NCBI GenBank assembly: GCA_943357985.1
Contig: CALRGR010000001.1
Coordinates: forward strand, 14,731 to 78,730
Direction of reading: 5' to 3'
Source of the DNA: Candidatus Levybacteria bacterium GW2011_GWA1_37_16
Lineage (GTDB): Bacteria; Patescibacteriota; Microgenomatia; Levybacterales; UBA12049
DNA length: 64,000 nucleotides
The notes under the pieces: generated by a model
Told to the model about the DNA's origin: nothing
Databases searched by the model: none
What the model saw: the letters and a program-made list of their open reading frames with translations, nothing else
Program-made: the position numbers and the translations under genes
Shown here: positions 39,251-49,700 of the stretch, piece after piece
How the letters are laid out: the number at the start of each line of letters is the position of its first letter
Numbering within the stretch: position 1 is the first letter of the stretch

Positions 39251-41140
39251 CTAAACATTCGCGTAAATTCTTCTAAGGCCGCGCCCAAGATTTTCCTGCT
39301 TAAATATAGTAAACCTTTTTAGCTCTCCTGTAAAATTAACATGAGGCCCGCCACAAAACTCCTTAGAATAAGCCTCTTGTGGTGAGCTTGTCGAACCACC
39401 TATAAAATAAACTTTCACATTATCCTCATATTTTTCATCAAAGAGTCCAATGGCTCCAATATCTTTTGCTTTTTCAAGTGGAAGCATTTCAAAATGAACA
39501 GGTAAATTCTCTTTAATCTTCTTATTTATGATTTCCTCGATTTTTTTAACTTCTTCTTCCGTCAGGGCTTTATCGTAATTAAAATCAAATCTTACACGCT
39601 GCGAGGTTATGTTAGATCCGGCCTGATGAATATGATCTCCCAGTACGTCACGAATTGCCTGGTGAAGTAAGTGAGTTGCTGTATGTCCCATTATAGTTTG
39701 CGTATTTGTGTCGGCAAGTCCGCCAGCAAATTTTTGCGCAGCACCTTCTCTTGAGAGTTTTTGGTGTTCTTCCATTTTGTTTGCAAATGCCCGGTCGTCA
39801 AAAGTGTAACCAAGACTCTTAATTTGCGAAGGAGATAATCCATGCGTTGAATATAAAATGAAAGCATCTTCTGCTGAAATTTTTGATATTCCCATAAGTT
39901 CATCTCCAACCTTCCTGCTCGCCTCGCTTCGAAGCGGGCCGGCAGGCAGGGGCGGATATTTTTTGTGCATAAATTCTTTAGCTTTTTTTTGAGTTTGATT
40001 GTAACTTTGCTGTTCTTCTAAAATTACATTTTTTATTTTTTCAAAATCTTTCGCTAGTTTTCCATCTGTATTTTTATATTGCTCAACGATAATCTTTATG
40101 ATTGGGGAGATATCGGAAGATTCAAGTTGGAATAAACTATCTAAGCTTCGTCTTAAAAGTCTTCTCAAAATATACCCTTGCTCTTTGTTTGATGGAATAA
40201 CGCCGGCAGAAATTATAAACGAAGATGCTACGAAGTGATCTGCGATAATTCTTATCTTTTCTTTATTTTCGTCGTATGTTTTTCTTGTAATTTTTTCGAT
40301 AGTTTTAATAACAGGACTAAGCAGAGATGTTTGAAAAATGTCATTTTGATTTTCCGTTGCTGCTAATAATCTTTCGAGTCCTCCGCCAAAATCAACGTTT
40401 TTTTGTGGAAGTTCAACAAATGATCCATCTGATTTTTTTTGATATTGCATAAAAACTGAGTTTCCAATTTCTAGATATCTTCCACAATCACAATTTGTAT
40501 GACACTTTTGTCCAAACTTTTTGTCATGCTCTGTTTCAAAATCAAAAAATATTTCTGTGTCTGGTCCTCCGGGTTCGCCGGCCGGCATATTTTGGGGAAG
40601 TCCCGCTCTTGACCACCAATTCTTATCAACTCCATAAAAAGAAATTTTTTCGCGTGCATCAAGTCCTGCTTTTTCAAAAATTTCTTTCCAGATTTCATAA
40701 GACTCGTTGTCTTTTTCAATATCATTAAAACCATTAAAAATGGTTACGTATAATTTTTCTACGGGGAGTTTTAACCTATCTGTTAAAAATTCCCAAAGCC
40801 ATGGGATTTGTTCTGCTTTAAAATACCCGCCTCGACTCGTTGTCTTTTGCGAGGCGGGCTTTCCCAAAGACCAGTTGCCTAGCATTCTAAAAAAGGTTGT
40901 ATGTCTGTTGTCTCCAATTTCTTCAATGTCTTGTGCCCTAAAACAATTTTGTACATTAACAAGTCTTTTGCCTGCAGGATGTTTTCCTCCTAATAAATAT
41001 AGAACAAGAGGTTGCATCCCGGAACTGGTAAATAAAGTTGTTGGATCATTTTCCGGAACTAGTGAAGAGTTTGGAATTCTAATATGATCGCGGCTTTCAA
41101 AGAATTTAATATACTTTTCAATAATTTGCGAGGCTGTCAT
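39251..41140 (-). CDS. alaS: Alanyl-tRNA synthetase (no C-Ala domain)
   Basis: DPTTLFTSSGMQP, HTTFFRMLGNWS, VDFGGGLER, IIADH, HTATHLLH, EFCGGPHV. Confidence 0.97.
   Translation of the reverse strand: MTASQIIEKYIKFFESRDHIRIPNSSLVPENDPTTLFTSSGMQPLVLYLLGGKHPAGKRLVNVQNCFRAQDIEEIGDNRHTTFFRMLGNWSLGKPASQKTTSRGGYFKAEQIPWLWEFLTDRLKLPVEKLYVTIFNGFNDIEKDNESYEIWKEIFEKAGLDAREKISFYGVDKNWWSRAGLPQNMPAGEPGGPDTEIFFDFETEHDKKFGQKCHTNCDCGRYLEIGNSVFMQYQKKSDGSFVELPQKNVDFGGGLERLLAATENQNDIFQTSLLSPVIKTIEKITRKTYDENKEKIRIIADHFVASSFIISAGVIPSNKEQGYILRRLLRRSLDSLFQLESSDISPIIKIIVEQYKNTDGKLAKDFEKIKNVILEEQQSYNQTQKKAKEFMHKKYPPLPAGPLRSEASRKVGDELMGISKISAEDAFILYSTHGLSPSQIKSLGYTFDDRAFANKMEEHQKLSREGAAQKFAGGLADTNTQTIMGHTATHLLHQAIRDVLGDHIHQAGSNITSQRVRFDFNYDKALTEEEVKKIEEIINKKIKENLPVHFEMLPLEKAKDIGAIGLFDEKYEDNVKVYFIGGSTSSPQEAYSKEFCGGPHVNFTGELKRFTIFKQENLGRGLRRIYANV
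39379..39399 (-). repeat. Family A element, in frame in the AlaRS editing domain (GGSTSSPQ)
   Basis: gtggttcgacaagctcaccac on the minus strand, 21 nt. Confidence 0.82.
39914..39950. repeat. Long family B element, in frame in alaS (PLPAGPLRSEASR)
   Basis: cctgctcgcctcgcttcgaagcgggccggcaggcagg with nested cgcttcgaagcg palindrome. Confidence 0.82.
40826..40858. repeat. Family B element, in frame in the AlaRS catalytic domain (PASQKTTSRGG)
   Basis: cccgcctcg-N15-cgaggcggg; perfect 9-bp arms; 33 nt equals 11 codons. Confidence 0.9.
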
Positions 41141-41187
41141 CGTGAGCTCTATTATAGCAGAATTTTACTTTTTCTAAGCTAACGTTG

Positions 41188-41790
41188 TTAACGGGAGATA
41201 ATTAGTCCTTTTGCCGCCTCATAGTAAGAAGGGATAATAAGAGTAACTATTGTTTCAAGAAGTTCCGTTTCTTCCAATTTTCCCCTTGCAGTTTGCGGTA
41301 AATCCAAAACCCCTTTTTTGTCAAAGAAGCTTGAAAATGTTTTGTCTTCCCTTACTCTTCTAAACATTCTTTGCATAGAGTCAGGCTGTATGGTTTCTAT
41401 ATGGCTTTCCGGTGTCCTCCATTGGGGCAAGAGCGTTCTCATTGTTGCGCTATTATATCTGTCAAAGAAGCCTTTTGTAGAAAACTCTCCCTCTATGAGA
41501 GTTGCTTCTAATTCTGGCAGTAGGCTGGCAAATATAATTCCGCCCTGACTTATAAGAAAAAGATTTCTGTCGTGATGAGATAGGCCATTATATACTTCTT
41601 CTCTTGTTGGTCTGTGGGTAACTGTTGAATTGCCTTCAAAGTGTTGGGCCAGTTTTTTCTGCTCTTCATGAGCTTCCTTTAGCATGAATTGAGCCAAGAA
41701 CTCTATTGGCGACATGTCCCTTTTGGATTCTCTGGCTTGCATGATGGGTTCTATGTCAACTGGTTGTCCTTCTGTAATCTCTCTAAGCAT
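41188..41790 (-). CDS. Hypothetical protein
   Basis: 200-aa ORF directly downstream of nth; no recognised motif. Confidence 0.6.
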   Translation of the reverse strand: MLREITEGQPVDIEPIMQARESKRDMSPIEFLAQFMLKEAHEEQKKLAQHFEGNSTVTHRPTREEVYNGLSHHDRNLFLISQGGIIFASLLPELEATLIEGEFSTKGFFDRYNSATMRTLLPQWRTPESHIETIQPDSMQRMFRRVREDKTFSSFFDKKGVLDLPQTARGKLEETELLETIVTLIIPSYYEAAKGLIISR

Positions 41791-41798
41791 GAGCGGAA

Positions 41799-42416
41799 TT
41801 ATACAATATAAGTTCTAAGAGGACAATCTAAATGTTTGCAGCGGGCGGTGCAATATTCTCTTCCATAATAAATTAATCCCAAAGCAAAGTGGCGCCATTC
41901 GCTTTTTGGCAGCAATTCCATTAAATCTTTTTCTATCTTCACGGGATCGTGGTTGGAAGTAAGCCCAAATAGACTTGACAATCTCCTAACATGAGTATCC
42001 ACAACTATTCCTTCTGTCTTTCCAAATGCTTCCTGTAAAATTACATTTGCGGTTTTCCTACCGATGAATGGGAGCTCGATTAGTTCTTCCATAGTTTCCG
42101 GCATTTTCCCTTTATACTTCTGCGCAACAATATCTGCAGCATTTTTAATTGCTTTTGCCTTGCCTTTATAAAAATTAATGCTTTTAATATCGTTAGAGAA
42201 TTCCTCGAGAGTCGCCTTCCTATAGTCATCAAGAGTTCGGTATTTCTTAAATAGTATGGGTGTTACTTTATTAACCCCAACATCTGTTTGTTGTGCAGAA
42301 AGCGCAACTGCAACATAAAGTTCCCATGGGTTTGAATAGATGAGGGGAGTCTTGGGATTTGGAAACAATTTTTTAAGAACTGTATAGATTTCTTTTGCCT
42401 TGTCTTCTTTGCTCAC
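41799..42416 (-). CDS. nth: Endonuclease III
   Basis: VALSAQQTDVGVNKVTP, HhH LPFIGRKTANVIL, VDTHVRR. Confidence 0.94.
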   Translation of the reverse strand: MSKEDKAKEIYTVLKKLFPNPKTPLIYSNPWELYVAVALSAQQTDVGVNKVTPILFKKYRTLDDYRKATLEEFSNDIKSINFYKGKAKAIKNAADIVAQKYKGKMPETMEELIELPFIGRKTANVILQEAFGKTEGIVVDTHVRRLSSLFGLTSNHDPVKIEKDLMELLPKSEWRHFALGLIYYGREYCTARCKHLDCPLRTYIV

Positions 42417-42432
42417 AGAGGTATTATATCAA

Positions 42433-43125
42433 TTATGATGCTTTTTGGATTGGGGCAAGGGCGCCTGCCGGAATTCCGCTTTGCTCTCTGGCTGTAGTTT
42501 TCTCTTGAAGTTTTGTAGCAATTTTAATTTTGTCCTCAATGGGTAACTCTTTCATTTTAGAAATTGCAGCTTCATTCTGAATCACACCGCCTGCAGTTGT
42601 GAGATCAAAAGCATTAATAGCAGTATCCCAATCATTTGCTTCTAAAGCTCCGGTTCCAAATCCTTCAAGAAAAGCTCTAGTATTGTCCTTATAGTATGTA
42701 TCATCTTCTGGATATGGTTGTTCTCTTTTTCCATAGCTTTCTCTGAGATGGTTTTCCCTTTTCTGCCAAGCTTTGTATAAATCTCTTGGTAGATCAGATC
42801 TTTTGTATTCTCCCACGCCAGTTTTTTCAATAGCTAAGTTATCGCCATAAGCATTTGGCCCAAATAGTTGTTTCACATCTGCGTCGCTTATTAATTGGAT
42901 GGTATTTATATCTTGGCCATCAAAATTTTCATAATAGCTTTTGCCATTTGCATTTATTTTCTCAAGGAGTTGTTGGTTTAAGACTTCTTTATGAGAATCT
43001 AAGTCCTGCTGGGATATTGCAAGAGCAGAAAGAATATCAGGAGATATTGTCCCTGGTTTTTTAGGTTGTTCAGTGATTTCTGCTGGTGGGCTTATCCCAT
43101 CTGCTCCTGGTCCTTGTGGTTCCAT
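42433..43125 (-). CDS. Hypothetical protein
   Basis: 230-aa soluble ORF divergent from rpoB; TTGACA on the minus strand at 43161-43156. Confidence 0.6.
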   Translation of the reverse strand: MEPQGPGADGISPPAEITEQPKKPGTISPDILSALAISQQDLDSHKEVLNQQLLEKINANGKSYYENFDGQDINTIQLISDADVKQLFGPNAYGDNLAIEKTGVGEYKRSDLPRDLYKAWQKRENHLRESYGKREQPYPEDDTYYKDNTRAFLEGFGTGALEANDWDTAINAFDLTTAGGVIQNEAAISKMKELPIEDKIKIATKLQEKTTAREQSGIPAGALAPIQKAS

Positions 43126-43168
43126 TTAATAAATCTTTGCATGAAAAGAGAGTATTGTCAATGGGCTA

Positions 43169-43197
43169 TTGACAGAGTGGTGATACTGTGATATAAA
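43169..43197 (+). promoter_or_regulatory. rpoB promoter
   Basis: TTGACA-17-TATAAA with TG extension. Confidence 0.7.
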
Positions 43198-43221
43198 TAA
43201 TTCACTTTAAACAATCTCGTT

Positions 43222-43254
43222 TGTAGGGGGTTTTGTGCCCTCTGCATTTTTTTT
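43222..43254 (+). terminator. Terminator-like hairpin plus T8 in rpoB 5' leader
   Basis: tgtaggggg-ttttgtg-ccctctgca followed by T8. Confidence 0.6.
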
Positions 43255-43289
43255 GTTGAGGTACTGCCGAACTCATTTATTATTTCCAG

Positions 43290-46200
43290 ATGCCTAAAGA
43301 CGCACAAACAAAAAATACAAAGAAAATTAGAAACAACTGGGGAAGAGATTTTGAATTTTTACCTCAGTTAGATTTACTAGCAGTACAAAAAGAATCATAT
43401 AAGTGGTTTGTTGAAAAAGGCATAGGCGAAGTTCTCCAGGAAATATCCCCAATAGATGATTTTACAGAAAAAAACTGGACACTTACTTTTAAGGACTACA
43501 GAATTGGAAAAGCAAAGATTACAAAAGAATTGGCTTTGGAAAAAGGTCTTACTTTTGATGCGCCTCTATATGTCAAAGCAACACTCGTTAACAAAAAAAC
43601 AGGCGGAACAATTGACCAAGAAGTCTTCTTGGGAGATATTCCTCAAATGACAGATCAGGGAACATTTATTGTAAATGGAATTGAAAGAGCAGTTGTTAAT
43701 CAGTTGGTACGTTCTCCTGGAGTTTTCTTCACAGCGGTTCAGGATAATGTAACAGGAAAAACTTTATATGTTGCAGAAATTAGACCGGTTCATGGTTCTT
43801 GGCTTGAATTTTCAACCACGAGACATGACACAATTACAGTTAAAATAGATAGAAGAAGAAAGTTTTTGACATCAACATTTTTAAGAGCTATTGGAATTTC
43901 CTCAAACGATGAAATAAGGGAAAAGTTTAAGGATATGGAAGCAGATGGCGGAACGTCTTTTATAGAAAACACACTTCTAAAAGACGAAACTGGAGATTCA
44001 ACAAGCGCACTTTTGGAAATATTTAAGAAAATGCACCCCGGAGAACCAATAGTTATTGAGAAAGCAAAAGAAAATTTCTACGGAACGTTCTTCAATAACA
44101 GAAGGTATGATTTAGGAGCAGTTGGAAGATACAAAATGAACAAAAAACTAAAAGATGCTCCAGGATTTGTACCATCCGGGGAAAGAGTTTTGACAATTGA
44201 AGACATTGTTGCAACGCTTAAATTTCTTGTTCTTTTAGCACGTGGGTTTAACGGAGTAGATGACATTGACAGCTTAGCAAATAGACGCGTAAGAAGAGTT
44301 GGGGAATTAGTTGCAAGTACCGCTTTTAGAGTTGGAGCATTAAGGCTTGAAAGAAGTGTAAAAGAGAGAATGAGCCTTATCCAGCCTGAAACTCCGGTTT
44401 CAATTGCAAATCTTATAAATGCACGTCCAATTATGGCTTCAATTAATGAGTTCTTTAGAACTTCACAGCTTTCAGCTATTTTGGATCAGACAAATCCGCT
44501 TTCTGAAATTGATAACTTAAACCGCTTAACAGTTATGGGAACAGGCGGAATTTCAAGAGAAAGAGCAGCCTTTTCAATCCGTGACATAAACAGTTCTCAA
44601 TACGGAAAAATTTGTCCAATCAGAAGTCCCGAAGGACCAAATATAGGACTAGTTACTTATATGAGTTTGTATGCAAGAGTTAACGAACACGGATTTTTGG
44701 AAGCACCTTTTAGGAAAGTTGAGCACAAAAAAGATGGAAGAAAAGAAACAAGTAAAGCAACTTCAGAATTTGCGTATATGATGGCAGATGATGAAAGAGA
44801 GCATTATGTAACTCATTCCGGTGTTCTTTCTCCTGATGACACAATTGCGCAAGACAGAGTACCTAGCCGCTACAGAGGAGAATTTATTGAAATTGATAAA
44901 GACAAGATAGAGTTTGTTGATATTGCGCCCCGTCAAGTTGTTGGTACGGCAGCATCTCTTATTCCATTTGTATCACACGATGAAGCAAACAGAGCTCTTA
45001 TGGGAACTCACATGCAGTGTCAAGCAGTGCCTCTTGTAATACCCGATAGCCCAATTGTTGGAACAGGAATGGAAAAAGCAGTAGCGGAAGTTATGGGCAG
45101 AGTTATAAGGGCACCATTCGATGGTAAAGTAGTTTACGCAGATGCAAGAAAAGTTACAGTTCGCGGAAATAAAAAAGGCGAAGAAGAAACATATCTTCTC
45201 AATTCTTTTAAAAGAACATCAAATGCAACTGCTTACACTCAAAAAACAATCATTTCCTCAGGTGAAAAAGTAACAAAAGGAGATTTGCTTATTGATGGTC
45301 CGTCATCTGAAGATGGAGAATTAGCGCTTGGAAAAAATCTTCTCATTGCGTATGCATCTTTAGACGGTCTTGGATATGAAGATGCTATCGTGATTTCAGA
45401 TAAACTTGTAAAGCAGGATTTGCTTTCCTCAATTCATATTGAAAGACACGATTCATCCGTTGTTGAAACAAAACTTGGACCAGAAGAGACAACCAGAGAT
45501 ATTCCAAATGTTTCAGAAGATGATTTGGCAAATCTTGATGAAGACGGAATTATAGTAGTGGGTAGTGAAGTAAGTCCAGGAGACATTTTGGTTGGTAAGA
45601 TTGCTCCAAAGGGAGAAACAGAATTAACCGCCGAGGAAAGACTTTTAAGAGCTATTTTTGGAGAACAAGCAAGGGAAGTAAGAGACACATCTCTTAGAAT
45701 GCCAAATGGAGAACGCGGAACCGTTATAAATGTTCAAATCCTTGATAGGAAAAAGGGAGATGAATTAGAACCTGGAGCACTTAAGAAGATAATTGTAGAA
45801 GTTGCACAATTTAGACACGTTGTTGTTGGAGATAAGCTTGCAGGTAGACATGGAAACAAAGGTGTTATTTCAAAGATTTTGCCAGAATCTGATATGCCTT
45901 ATCTAGCAGATGGAACGCCGGTTGATATTATAATCTCTCCAATTTCCGTACTTGCGCGTATGAATTTGGGACAACTTTTGGAAGCTCATCTTGGATGGGC
46001 TGCGCAGAAGTTGGACATGAAAATTGGAGTTCCTGTTTTTGAAGAAGTTGGAGAAAATAGAATTACGCAGCTTTTAAAGCAAGCTGGACTTCCGATTGAT
46101 GGAAAAGTTACCTTATATGATGGTCGCAGCGGGGAAGCTTATGAGAATCCTGTTGTTGTTGGAATTGAATATATTATGAAACTCATACACATGGTTGAAG

Positions 46201-46715
46201 ACAAGACTCACGCACGTTCAACCGGGCCATACTCTTTAGTTACACAACAGCCATTGGGCGGAAAAGCACAAATGGGAGGACAAAGGCTTGGAGAAATGGA
46301 AGTCTGGGCACTTGAAGCACATAGAGCAAAATATACTCTTCAGGAAATGCTTACAATCAAATCTGATGATGTTGTTGGACGCGCCAAGGCTTTTGAGGCA
46401 ATTGTTAAGGGAACAGATATTCCAACACCAAAAGTTCCTGAATCATTCAAGGTTTTGATAAAAGAATTAGCAGCTCTTGGGCTCGATGTTCTTCCTGTTG
46501 GTGCAACAGTTGTAGCAGAGCCTCTTCTTGCAGAGCCTTTACCGCTGGCAATTGCTGAGGAAAAAATTGACAAGGCAGTTGAGGAAGAGGCAAAAGAATT
46601 AAGGGAAGAATTGGGAGCAACAGAAGTTCCGGAAAATGCAGAAGGAACATTAACAGCGGAGAAGGAACTAATTGAAGAGTCAAAAGAAGGAACGGAGCCA
46701 GAAGTACATGAATAA
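43290..46715 (+). CDS. rpoB: RNA polymerase beta subunit
   Basis: QLVRSPG, SPEGPNIGL, GDKLAGRHGNKG, GGQRLGEMEVWALEA. Confidence 0.99.
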   Translation: MPKDAQTKNTKKIRNNWGRDFEFLPQLDLLAVQKESYKWFVEKGIGEVLQEISPIDDFTEKNWTLTFKDYRIGKAKITKELALEKGLTFDAPLYVKATLVNKKTGGTIDQEVFLGDIPQMTDQGTFIVNGIERAVVNQLVRSPGVFFTAVQDNVTGKTLYVAEIRPVHGSWLEFSTTRHDTITVKIDRRRKFLTSTFLRAIGISSNDEIREKFKDMEADGGTSFIENTLLKDETGDSTSALLEIFKKMHPGEPIVIEKAKENFYGTFFNNRRYDLGAVGRYKMNKKLKDAPGFVPSGERVLTIEDIVATLKFLVLLARGFNGVDDIDSLANRRVRRVGELVASTAFRVGALRLERSVKERMSLIQPETPVSIANLINARPIMASINEFFRTSQLSAILDQTNPLSEIDNLNRLTVMGTGGISRERAAFSIRDINSSQYGKICPIRSPEGPNIGLVTYMSLYARVNEHGFLEAPFRKVEHKKDGRKETSKATSEFAYMMADDEREHYVTHSGVLSPDDTIAQDRVPSRYRGEFIEIDKDKIEFVDIAPRQVVGTAASLIPFVSHDEANRALMGTHMQCQAVPLVIPDSPIVGTGMEKAVAEVMGRVIRAPFDGKVVYADARKVTVRGNKKGEEETYLLNSFKRTSNATAYTQKTIISSGEKVTKGDLLIDGPSSEDGELALGKNLLIAYASLDGLGYEDAIVISDKLVKQDLLSSIHIERHDSSVVETKLGPEETTRDIPNVSEDDLANLDEDGIIVVGSEVSPGDILVGKIAPKGETELTAEERLLRAIFGEQAREVRDTSLRMPNGERGTVINVQILDRKKGDELEPGALKKIIVEVAQFRHVVVGDKLAGRHGNKGVISKILPESDMPYLADGTPVDIIISPISVLARMNLGQLLEAHLGWAAQKLDMKIGVPVFEEVGENRITQLLKQAGLPIDGKVTLYDGRSGEAYENPVVVGIEYIMKLIHMVEDKTHARSTGPYSLVTQQPLGGKAQMGGQRLGEMEVWALEAHRAKYTLQEMLTIKSDDVVGRAKAFEAIVKGTDIPTPKVPESFKVLIKELAALGLDVLPVGATVVAEPLLAEPLPLAIAEEKIDKAVEEEAKELREELGATEVPENAEGTLTAEKELIEESKEGTEPEVHE

Positions 46716-49700
46716 CGATAACAAAAAACAAAAAGATATAACAATAGTTGATTTTAATGCTTTAAAAATTGTTCTTGCTAACCAGCGGGATATTTTGGAC
46801 TGGTCATACGGAGAAGTTACAAAGCCTGAAACAATCAACTATAGAACCCTACGGCCTGAAAAAGACGGATTATTTGATGAGCGCATTTTTGGTCCTACTA
46901 AAGATTGGGAATGTTATTGTGGAAAATATAAGAGAATAAGACACAGAGGTGTTGTTTGTGATAAATGTGGAGTTGAGGTTACTCTTTCTAGGGTGAGAAG
47001 AGAAAGAATGGGACATATCGTTCTTTCATCTTCTGTGTCACATGTTTGGTTTTCTAAGGGTTCATCTTCCCCACTCTCTCTGATTTTGGATATTCCTCAG
47101 AAAGCGCTGGAATCTGTTATTTATTATGCTTCATATATTGTTATTGAAGTTGATGATAAAAAGAAAAAAGAAGCATTAGCTGAGTTTGCTCAAAACATAA
47201 ATGATAGAAAGAATATTCAAAAAGAAGAACTTGCATCTGAAGAAAAGAAAATAAATGAAGAATTGGATAAAAAGAAAAAAGAAACTGTAACTGCAAATAG
47301 CAAAAAGGGAGAGCAAAAACAGCTTATTGATCAAGAATTAGAATTGACGAAGAGACAAAAAATTGCAGCTCTAACTGAAAGAATTGCAGCGGAAGAGAAA
47401 AAATTGGATGAAATTTCAGATGCACTCTTAAGACTTCTTAAAAGCCTACAGGTGGGTTCGGTTTTGTCTGAAGACGAATATTTTAAAATTCTTGAATACG
47501 ATATTCCTGTTTTCTTTACAATTAAAACAGGAGCAGAGGGAATTCTAAATCTTTTAAGCAGAGTTGATTTGCCAGGAGTTATTATGCAAATCAGAGAAGA
47601 AATTGAAAAATCAAAGGGACAAAAGTATTTAAAGCTTATTAAGAGACTGAGACTGATTGAATCAATGAGAAAAGCAGGAATTGATGTTTCTGCCATGATT
47701 CTTGGAGTCTTGCCAGTTATTCCTCCGGATCTTCGTCCAATGGTTCAACTTGCAGGTGGACGTTTTGCAACAAGCGATCTTAATGATTTGTACAGAAGAG
47801 TTATCAACAGAAATAACAGACTTAAGCACTTAATTTCTCTTGGCGCACCTGAAATAATTTTGAGAAATGAAAAAAGAATGCTCCAGGAGTCTGTTGATTC
47901 CTTGATAGATGTTTCGCAACGAACATCTCAAATTGCTACCTCATCTCTTAGGTCTCTTTCAGACATGTTAAGAGGAAAACAGGGAAGGTTTAGGCAAAAC
48001 TTGCTTGGAAAAAGAGTAGATTATTCTGGACGTAGCGTTATTGTTGTTGGGCCTCAGCTTAAACTATCTCAATGTGGTCTTCCTAAGGAAATGGCTCTTG
48101 AAATGTTTAAGCCATTTGTTCTTCGCGAAGTAATTCTTAGAGGGTTTGCGCCAAACATAAAGAGCGCTAAAAGATTTATTGAGAAAAGACCACCTGAGGT
48201 TTTTGATATTTTGGAAGAGATTACAAAGAATCATCCAGTTCTTCTAAACCGTGCTCCGACACTTCATAAGCTTGGTATCCAGGCATTTTATCCGGTTCTT
48301 ATTGAAGGTGCTGCAATTCAACTTCATCCTTGTGTTTGTACTGGATATAACGCTGATTTTGATGGAGACCAAATGGCTGTACATATTCCTCTTTCTGTTA
48401 AAGCTCAAGAAGAAGCAATCGAGCTTATGATGCCAAAAAACAATCTTTTAAAGCCTTCAGACGGAAGCCCGATTACTCTTCCAAACAAAGAAATGGCAGT
48501 TGGAGTTTTCTATCTTACATCAATGAATGAAGATTTGAAGAAAGAAGATGCCCTGGTTTTTGTCTCAGACCAAGAGGCAATACTTGCACATACTTTGAAA
48601 AAGATAGCTCTTAGACAATCAATTCAGCTAAGAGTAGATAATAAGATTATTGAGACTACGGTTGGACGAGTTTTATTTAATGAGCTTTTGCCTGAGAAAA
48701 TGCGATTTATAAATGAAAGCATTAAGGCGTCCGGTATTAAAAAGATTATAACCGAAGCCATAAAAACTCAAACCGCAGATGAAGTAGAAGCTTTAATTGA
48801 CGGAATCAAAAAGCTTGGATTTTATGCTTCTATGATTTCAGGTATTTCAGTTTCCGTATTTGATAATAAAATGGTTCCGCAAAAAGATGGAATGATTGAG
48901 GTTACTAATAAGAAAATAAAGGAAATAGAATCGGAATATCAGCAGGGACTTATTACCAACGAAGAAAGAAAAAGACTTTCTAATGATGCATGGTTTAAGA
49001 CAACAGATGAAATTGCGAATTTAACTTGGGACAACCTTAAGAAAGAAAACGCAATCAAGCTTATTATTGACTCAGAGGGTGCAAGGGCTGGAAAAGAACA
49101 GCTTAAGCAGCTTTCAGCTATGAGAGGGCTCATCTTGGATCCACTTGGAAAGATTGTTGAGCTTCCTATCAAATCAAACTTCAGAGAAGGTCTTTCTATT
49201 TTTGAATACGTGGCATCCGCCCGTGGTTCAAGAAAAGGCTTAACAGACTCAGCATTAAAAACTGCAAATGCAGGATATTTAACCCGTAGACTTGTTGATG
49301 TATCTCACGATGTAATTATAAGACAAGAGGATTGTGGAGCTACTGTTGGAATTACAATTTTAAGAAACGAAGAAGAGAGAGAAGCGTCACTTTCTTTTAG
49401 GGCCATGGGAAGAGTTGCCGCAGTAAATGTGCTTTCCAAAACAAAAAAAGTTATTCTTAAGGCAGGAGAAGAAATAACTGAAGAAAAGGCAAAGGAAATA
49501 GAAGCATCAGATGTGAGTGAGGTAATTGTACGTTCTCCTCTCACATGTAAGCTAGAATATGGAATTTGTGCTAAGTGTTATGGTTGGGACTTTTCTGTTA
49601 AGACAAAAGTAGAGCAAGGAGTTCCTGTTGGGGTTATAGCAGCTCAATCAATCGGAGAGCCGGGAACTCAGCTTACTATGAGGGTAAGACATTTTGGTGG

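Noticed and set aside
47140-47450. Long charged coiled-coil insertion in RpoC
   Set aside because: Lineage-specific beta' insertions at this position are known (for example in Actinobacteria); not repeat-derived and not novel
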